64,000 nucleotides of DNA from Ilumatobacteraceae bacterium (GTDB taxonomy: Bacteria; Actinomycetota; Acidimicrobiia; Acidimicrobiales; Ilumatobacteraceae): assembly GCA_032121425.1 (NCBI GenBank), contig JAUMDU010000071.1, positions 6,317 through 70,316 of the forward strand. Reading direction: 5' to 3'. Below are positions 58,178 to 64,000 of the stretch, piece after piece. Made by a program: the position numbers and the translations under genes. Numbering within the stretch: position 1 is the first letter of the stretch; every line of letters begins with the position of its first letter. Below the pieces are notes generated by a model. That model was not told the origin of the DNA. It was given only the letters and a program-made list of their open reading frames with translations, and made no database searches.

Positions 58178-59037
58178 GCACATCCTCATTCGTGATTGCT
58201 GGGGTGTTTGAGCCCTACCGATATCAGTTCTTTACTAACGGGGTGATTGTGGCAACAATTGCCGGCGCATTGTGTGGACTCTTGGGTGTATTTGTTGTGT
58301 TACGTGGCATGAGCTACATCGGTCACGGGCTCTCACATGCGGTCTTTGGCGGTGCAGCAGCATCTGCTGTTATGCAATTGAATTATTTTGTGGGAGCAGG
58401 AATATGGGGTGTTGCGTCTGGTGTCATCATCGGTCGCATTGCCCGTCGTCGTTTGATTGGTGCTGATGCGGCGATCGGTGTTGTGACGACTGCATCGTTT
58501 GCACTTGGTCTTGCACTACTGAATCGTTTTGGTCAAGCAAAGAAAAGTATTGAAGCAGTGTTATTCGGAAGTGTGTTGGGTGTGCGCACCACAGACATTA
58601 TTGCTGTCGCGCTCGTAACTGTTTTGACGGTGGTTGTAGTGGTAGTGCTGTATCGGCGCTTGTTATTCGCCACCTTTGATCCCGATGTTGCGCAGGTTTC
58701 AGGAGTGAAAGTGGCATGGATTGAAGCGCTCTTGATGATTCTGTTATCGCTCACCATTTTGGTGACTATGCGCGTAATTGGAACATTATTGATCTCTGCA
58801 CTATTAGTGATTCCTGCATCAGTTGCACGCATGACCACTAACTCTTTTGCACGCATGTTGTGGATCTCTCCCATTGTCGGCGCATTATCTGGATTCTTGG
58901 GAATGAACTTGTCCTACCACCTAGATACCTCAGCCAGTGCAACTATCATCTTGGTAGCGACTGCCATGTTCATCGTCGTGTACACGGTGAGCGGTATTCG
59001 TGGGCGTTCCCGCATCGCCCATGTGCATCACGTGTAG
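58174..59037 (+). CDS. metal ABC transporter permease (ABC-3 family)
   Basis: 287 aa with about 8-9 TM helices. The ATGA overlap couples it to the ATPase gene. Confidence 0.85.
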   Translation: MSTSSFVIAGVFEPYRYQFFTNGVIVATIAGALCGLLGVFVVLRGMSYIGHGLSHAVFGGAAASAVMQLNYFVGAGIWGVASGVIIGRIARRRLIGADAAIGVVTTASFALGLALLNRFGQAKKSIEAVLFGSVLGVRTTDIIAVALVTVLTVVVVVVLYRRLLFATFDPDVAQVSGVKVAWIEALLMILLSLTILVTMRVIGTLLISALLVIPASVARMTTNSFARMLWISPIVGALSGFLGMNLSYHLDTSASATIILVATAMFIVVYTVSGIRGRSRIAHVHHV

Positions 59038-59038
59038 T

Positions 59039-60331
59039 TCACTTCTTTTCGTCGAGGATCCATTCCACACCATTGGGTGTATCGCGCACCTCAATGCCGA
59101 GGTTGGCAAACGCATCGCGAATTACATCTGAGAGATCAAATCTTTTTTCTGCTCGCACGGTTGCACGCACTTCAAGCATTGCTTCCACATATGGCCCAAC
59201 GACTTCGCGTGGGTCTTTGAGACCCCCAGAAGATGCATCACCTAATTGGCTAATCATGGAACGCAGTGATGCCCGTGCTCGATCTCCGATATCGCCTTGC
59301 AATGTGTCGCTAGACCAATCCACGATTGCTTGTTCTAGATCAAGACATGCCCGCAATGCTGAGTCTGCATCACGGGCCTCAATTGCAAGGCTAAAGATGT
59401 TATTGAGACGAGCAAGTGTGCCCTCAAGTGTGTCTTCGCCAGTATCAATCTGGTGTGGGCTTGGTGCATCTAAGGAAGTTGCATGGGAGTTCGGGTTGGT
59501 CTGCGAATTTGTAGAACCGAAATGGGCCCAAGGATTTTGCAGGACAGCAATGTCAACGGTTTCGCCATTTTTTATGGTGTGAGATTGAGAGCGGAGTCGG
59601 ATGGTGACTGTTCCGTTTCCTACAACGCGGGCGTTTCCGGCCTTGCTGTCAACGATTAATCCTGTGTGTTCGTCAACGCCAAGAACATAGGTGTCGTCAT
59701 CGAGAAGTGATTCAAACAAACGAAGACGTGTTTCGCCTAAGTAACAAAATCTTGTGTCGTGATTTCCGCCTTCGGCGTTATCAAAGTGGGGGATGACTGT
59801 GGCGTTTATGCCAAGTGCTGAAAGTAGGTCAAGACCATTGAGACGTTCGACGTCTTGGCCGACTTTGTAAATCTCATAGACCGGAACTGTCGATCGGCCC
59901 AACGTGAGTGCGGCGGCAGAAGCAAAGGTGACGATTCCACCATGTTGAATCTTGTCTTCAATAATGGACGCCACATTCGTTCCACTCCATTGGCGCAGCG
60001 CATAGGTAGGTGAGCCTGGTCCAGCAAAAATGTAGTGAGAGTCTGTGAGTGCACGAAGTCCTCGTTCAATGAGAACAGGATCTGCAGGTAGGTGAGTGTC
60101 ATGCATGCGCACAAGTCCTGCCACAGTGATGTCGATGTTGACTGAGGTGCGAAAATATGCGACTGCGCGTGCGGCAAGCTCGGGCGCATTTTCTTGAAAG
60201 CCGTAGGGCGTGTCGAGAAGAACTGCTCGTGCGGGGGAAGGTAGTTGAGCAACGAGTGCTCGATGGGTGGACACCATAGTTGGAGTGGTTTCCCCAGAAC
60301 CCATGATGGTGAGAATGCGTGGAAGGCTCAT
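59039..60331 (-). CDS. hypothetical two-domain protein: peptidase S51/cyanophycinase-like N-terminal half fused to a CysRS/MshC C-terminal-like helical domain
   Basis: The N-terminal half has IMGSGETTP..FAGPGSPTYAL..FASAAALTLG. The C-terminus RAEKRFDLSDVIRDAFANLGIEVRDTPNGVEW closely resembles the extreme C-terminus of cysteinyl-tRNA synthetases. The ATGA overlap couples it to the upstream hydrolase. Confidence 0.5.
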   Translation of the reverse strand: MSLPRILTIMGSGETTPTMVSTHRALVAQLPSPARAVLLDTPYGFQENAPELAARAVAYFRTSVNIDITVAGLVRMHDTHLPADPVLIERGLRALTDSHYIFAGPGSPTYALRQWSGTNVASIIEDKIQHGGIVTFASAAALTLGRSTVPVYEIYKVGQDVERLNGLDLLSALGINATVIPHFDNAEGGNHDTRFCYLGETRLRLFESLLDDDTYVLGVDEHTGLIVDSKAGNARVVGNGTVTIRLRSQSHTIKNGETVDIAVLQNPWAHFGSTNSQTNPNSHATSLDAPSPHQIDTGEDTLEGTLARLNNIFSLAIEARDADSALRACLDLEQAIVDWSSDTLQGDIGDRARASLRSMISQLGDASSGGLKDPREVVGPYVEAMLEVRATVRAEKRFDLSDVIRDAFANLGIEVRDTPNGVEWILDEKK

Positions 60332-61281
60332 GAGAAAAATCCTGTAGAAATTGCGTGATCGACTACTGCGGCGAATCGGTCGGGGAATTGGGCGTGAAGG
60401 TCATGGTCTGCGGGCTCAAACCATTCAACACGGGCATGAGGTAATTGAGAAATTGCATGTGCAATCTGTTGATGCTTGATGGAGGTGTGCTCGTCGTGTC
60501 CTTTTGATGCAGGAGTGAACATGACAGGCACCTTTATATTGGCCCATTTTTCTGCAGGTCGATCTTCCCAAAGGTGTCGCAGGATGGTCATGTGGCGTTC
60601 CATGGTGAGATGTGGCGCAATCGTTCCGTCGGAATACTTCTCCATGTTATGCATTTGTCCGTCTATGGCTTCTTCGGTCCAATCTGGATGTGCGGCGCGA
60701 ATGTAGGAACGAAGACGGTCGTAGTGCATGCCCGCAAGTTGAGGCGGTCGAAGTGTTCTTTCACATTCATCCCATTCGGTAAAAGAATGCGAGAGATCGA
60801 TAGTGCCGCCATCAACAGCAACAATTCCACGAATCAGATGAGAAAATTGGGACGCGAGTTCCACCACGATGTTGCCACCCCATGATTGGCCGATGACGAG
60901 AGGGCGTTTCCATTTCGAACTGGTGGCCGAGAGTGCCTCAATAAGGTGGGCCACATCGGCGGCAATTTCTGGAACTGAATAACCATGGTCAGGCTTCTCG
61001 CTGTGACCGTGTCCGCGAAGATCAACAGCGACCACGGAATGTCCGATTTGGGTGAGGCATCGAGCCGGCCCGTCCCAGAGGCGAGCATTTGAGGCAAGTC
61101 CATGTAAGAGCACGATGGGGACACCAGCCGACAGGGCCTGGGTTGACCAATCGATGACTCGTAGTTGGGTCCCGTCAGGTGCCGTGACGAAAGACGAAGC
61201 CAAGGAGAAACTCACGGTTCCATTGTCGCGCCCCAGGTGCGAAATAGCACCAGGAATCGTATGTGTCCCTTGTTTCGTCAT
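60328..61281 (-). CDS. alpha/beta hydrolase
   Basis: LLHGLASN and the GQSWGG nucleophile elbow. 317 aa. Confidence 0.75.
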   Translation of the reverse strand: MTKQGTHTIPGAISHLGRDNGTVSFSLASSFVTAPDGTQLRVIDWSTQALSAGVPIVLLHGLASNARLWDGPARCLTQIGHSVVAVDLRGHGHSEKPDHGYSVPEIAADVAHLIEALSATSSKWKRPLVIGQSWGGNIVVELASQFSHLIRGIVAVDGGTIDLSHSFTEWDECERTLRPPQLAGMHYDRLRSYIRAAHPDWTEEAIDGQMHNMEKYSDGTIAPHLTMERHMTILRHLWEDRPAEKWANIKVPVMFTPASKGHDEHTSIKHQQIAHAISQLPHARVEWFEPADHDLHAQFPDRFAAVVDHAISTGFFS

Positions 61282-61313
61282 AGGGTCTAGGGGACACCAA
61301 CCAAGGGGGAATC

Positions 61314-62366
61314 ATGAAGTTGTCAATGGGGATTAACTATTCGGGCGGATTCAAAGAAGCCGTAGATCGTGTGGTGCAGCTGGAAAAGGCAGGCCTCGAT
61401 CAGGTGTGGATTGCCGAGGCGTACAGCTTTGATGCAATTTCTCAAGTGGGGTATCTCGCAGCCAAGACAGAGCGCGTGGAAATTGGAACGGGAATCGTGA
61501 ATGTGTATTCACGTACAGCAGCCCTCATGGCCATGACAGCCGCAGGATGCGATTTCGTCAGCGATGGTCGATTCATCTTGGGACTTGGTGCATCGGGGCC
61601 TCAAGTGATTGAAGGTTTTCATGGAGTGCCCTATGACAAACCCATGCAACGCATTAAGGAATACATCGAAGTGTGTCGCAAGGTGTGGGCACGCGAGGAA
61701 GCGTTGCAATACGACGGTAAGACCGTGCAAATTCCATTACCCGAAGGTCAAGGAACTGGTCTGGGTAAGGCGCTAAAGATCATTAATCATCCTGTGCGCA
61801 AAGACATTCCCATTTGGTGGGCGTCGTTGAAAGACAAGAGCGTTGAAGCGACTGCAGAAATGGCAGATGGCTGGTTGCCGATCATGTTCTATCCCGAGAA
61901 ATATCACAATGTATGGGGAGCACAACTCAAGGCTGGACTTGCCAAGCGTGATCCCAATCGTGCACGGTTGGATATCTCTGCAGGTGGCATGTTGGCCATT
62001 GATGAATCCTTAACGGGGGATGCACAGACCAAGATCTTGGATATGGCACGTCCCAACATGGCGTTGTATGTAGGTGGCATGGGTGCACGTGGAAAGAATT
62101 TCTATAACGACGTATGTCGTGATTATGGATTCGAAAAAGAAGCAGTAGAGATTCAAGATTTGTATCTCGAAGGCAAAAAAGATGAAGCTGCAGCGGCTCT
62201 TCCCGCCGAATGGATCTTGAATGCCAACTTGGTGGGTTCTGCGGGCTTCATCAAAGAACGAGTAGCTGCATTCAAAGAGGCTGGTGTCACTGTGTTATCT
62301 GTGAACCCGATTGGCCCAGATCCAGTGGGGCAAATTGAAAAATTACGCGCCATTGTGGATGGCTGA
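61314..62366 (+). CDS. LLM-class F420-dependent oxidoreductase
   Basis: MKLSMGINYSG...LEKAGLDQVWIAEAYSFDA is the typical N-terminus of this actinobacterial LLM subfamily. Confidence 0.7.
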   Translation: MKLSMGINYSGGFKEAVDRVVQLEKAGLDQVWIAEAYSFDAISQVGYLAAKTERVEIGTGIVNVYSRTAALMAMTAAGCDFVSDGRFILGLGASGPQVIEGFHGVPYDKPMQRIKEYIEVCRKVWAREEALQYDGKTVQIPLPEGQGTGLGKALKIINHPVRKDIPIWWASLKDKSVEATAEMADGWLPIMFYPEKYHNVWGAQLKAGLAKRDPNRARLDISAGGMLAIDESLTGDAQTKILDMARPNMALYVGGMGARGKNFYNDVCRDYGFEKEAVEIQDLYLEGKKDEAAAALPAEWILNANLVGSAGFIKERVAAFKEAGVTVLSVNPIGPDPVGQIEKLRAIVDG

Positions 62367-62368
62367 TT

Positions 62369-63547
62369 GTGTCTCTGTTAACTGTTGAACATGTAGCTCC
62401 TGGTTGGGAGCCAGTTCGTGATGCATTATTAGAAGGTTTTCACAACGGTGAAGATCACGGAGCAGGCGTTGCGGTATATCACCGGGGAACATGTGTTGTA
62501 GACGTGATGGGCGGCTGGCGAGATTATGAACACACGATTCCCTACGGCCCAGATGCGTTACAAACAGTGTTCTCCACCACTAAAGGCATCATGTCGATTG
62601 CAGTGGCTATATGTGTTCAACGCGGCCTCATTGACTACGCAGAAAAAGTTGCTACGTATTGGCCCGAATTCGCTCAAGCAGGTAAACAAGATGTGACGGT
62701 GGCACAACTGCTTGCACATCGAGCTGGTTTGTACACATTGCGTGATCAGGTCAGTCTTGACGATGCGTTGAACTGGGACACAATGGTGACGCGCCTTGCA
62801 GCAACTGAACCGTTGCTTGCGTTGGGTTCGGCACATGCATATCACGCCATCACGTTTGGTTGGCTTTCTGGTGAGTTGGTGCGGCGTGTAGATGGGCGCA
62901 GTGTGTCTGAGTTTGTGCGTGATGAAATTGCTCGTCCATTGGGTGCCGAGTTCTTCGTTGGATTGCCCGAAGAATTAGAGCCACGTGTGGCGCGACTTAT
63001 GGCCCATCCTCTTCCTAGCTTTCCGCCTGAGATTGCAAAAATCATGCTTGATCGTGGTGGTCCGGGAACAAAAGGCGAGGCCGCACTCTCGTTAAATGGA
63101 GCTTTTGCTCCTGGAGCTTTCAATAAGCCTGAAGTGCATCGCGCACAAGTACCTGGTGCAAATGGCATTGGAAATGCACGTGCGCTGGCGAAAATTTATG
63201 CAGCGTGTGTCGGGGAAGTTGACGGTGTGCGATTGCTCACGCCTGGAACTGTTGCACAAGCAACCACGAGCATGACTCCGGAAGGTGAAACCGATTCGGT
63301 GTTGTTGTCGCAGACAGATTTTGCGATGGGCTTTATGCGTCACAACGAGCACTACAAGTTCACTGGGCCTGAAGCATTTGGTCATACGGGCGCAGGTGGT
63401 TCTGCATCATTTGCAGATCCAAGTCGGCATTTAGGTTTTTCCTATGTGATGAACACAATGATGACGGTGTATGACGAAGACCCGCGTCGTGCACGCCTTA
63501 TTGCTGCGGCGAAGCGTTGCGCAGACGCTGTCGAAGCGAGCGCGTAG
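62369..63547 (+). CDS. serine hydrolase (beta-lactamase/esterase class C family)
   Basis: FSTTKG (SxxK) motif, 392 aa, GTG start. Confidence 0.75.
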   Translation: MSLLTVEHVAPGWEPVRDALLEGFHNGEDHGAGVAVYHRGTCVVDVMGGWRDYEHTIPYGPDALQTVFSTTKGIMSIAVAICVQRGLIDYAEKVATYWPEFAQAGKQDVTVAQLLAHRAGLYTLRDQVSLDDALNWDTMVTRLAATEPLLALGSAHAYHAITFGWLSGELVRRVDGRSVSEFVRDEIARPLGAEFFVGLPEELEPRVARLMAHPLPSFPPEIAKIMLDRGGPGTKGEAALSLNGAFAPGAFNKPEVHRAQVPGANGIGNARALAKIYAACVGEVDGVRLLTPGTVAQATTSMTPEGETDSVLLSQTDFAMGFMRHNEHYKFTGPEAFGHTGAGGSASFADPSRHLGFSYVMNTMMTVYDEDPRRARLIAAAKRCADAVEASA

Positions 63548-64000
63548 AAGCCAAGTAGGTAATTGCTGCACATGCAGCAAGGCACGAAAACATCACGATG
63601 GTGCTTCGTACGCCTATTGATTCAGACACCAATCCTGCAGCAATGCTTGTAAGGCTCAACATCAAGGTGACAAGGGCGAAGTCACCAGCTATCACTCTTC
63701 CGCGCAACTCATCGGGAGCTTCCATTTGTAATCCAAGTGTGGACAGTGTCCACTGTGCACCTCCACCAAGGTGTGCAAGTGCAACAAAGACCACCGCCAC
63801 CATGAGACTCGGGCTCAGTCCCACTCCGAGATATGCGATGGAAAAACCAAGGCCAGACCAGCCACACACACGTAATAGCTTGGCCATGTCGCGTTGCACT
63901 AAACGCGCAGCAAGGATGGGGCCAAGCCCCGAGCCCACACCACGAGCTCCTAGAAGTGCACCGCGTCCTGCATCGCCGGCACTAAATGCATCAGATGCAA
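63498..64000 (-). CDS. MFS transporter, 5' end beyond the window (C-terminal part only)
   Basis: My hand translation shows the frame stays open to the window edge. Hydrophobic helices and a GARGVGSGLGPILAARL loop are present. Confidence 0.6.
   Translation of the reverse strand, partial: ASDAFSAGDAGRGALLGARGVGSGLGPILAARLVQRDMAKLLRVCGWSGLGFSIAYLGVGLSPSLMVAVVFVALAHLGGGAQWTLSTLGLQMEAPDELRGRVIAGDFALVTLMLSLTSIAAGLVSESIGVRSTIVMFSCLAACAAITYLASTRSLRQRLRNASPQQ

Noticed and set aside
58860-59582. 240-aa plus-strand ORF opposite the 430-aa S51-like gene
   Set aside because: It is Ser/Arg-rich with no motifs. It overlaps the end of the permease gene in another frame. The minus-strand 430-aa ORF is longer, has balanced composition and carries recognisable domain signatures.
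1-64000. Search for CRISPR arrays, IS elements, integrases, prophage genes and rRNA
   Set aside because: Reading both strands, I saw no regularly spaced direct repeats, no transposase/integrase/recombinase-like ORFs and no rRNA-like segments. A computational repeat scan would still be needed to exclude short dispersed repeats.

Overview
The window is a very compact (about 95% coding) chromosomal segment. Its markers point to Actinomycetota with mid GC, possibly Acidimicrobiia-like (low confidence): mycothiol amidase Mca, several F420-type LLM oxidoreductases, glf-glfT2, an LCP protein, Mtb-type DapD and LpdA, and WS/DGAT. Most content is housekeeping: leuB(partial)-ilvE, then an Ile-rich leader-peptide attenuator ahead of a CimA-type synthase; gltX followed by tRNA-Gln(CTG) and tRNA-Glu(CTC); uppP; Sir2; a rhodanese-ThiF protein; glf/glfT2; a SpoIID-SGNH-PG-binding wall protein; the methylmalonyl-CoA mutase catalytic subunit; lysS-dapD; accA and birA head to head; LCP; PAS-GGDEF-EAL; mca; thiolase; nudC; a lipid-metabolism block (WS/DGAT, PAP2, hydrolases, SDRs, ACAD, P450); and a ZnuABC-like metal transporter. 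I saw no transposase, integrase, CRISPR array or rRNA. The standout is a lower-GC block of about 8 kb (about 9.4-17.4 kb) directly downstream of the two tRNAs. It holds two paralogous ~889-aa envelope-anchored LTD-LTD-CotH atypical kinases flanking a translationally coupled pair: a Vtc4-like VTC (triphosphate-tunnel, polyphosphate-polymerase-type) protein and a DUF4956 membrane protein. An acyltransferase-3 gene follows. I read this as a candidate membrane polyphosphate synthesis/export plus extracytoplasmic CotH kinase system whose function is, to my knowledge, uncharacterised. All family assignments come from motif recognition by eye and need HMM/BLAST confirmation.
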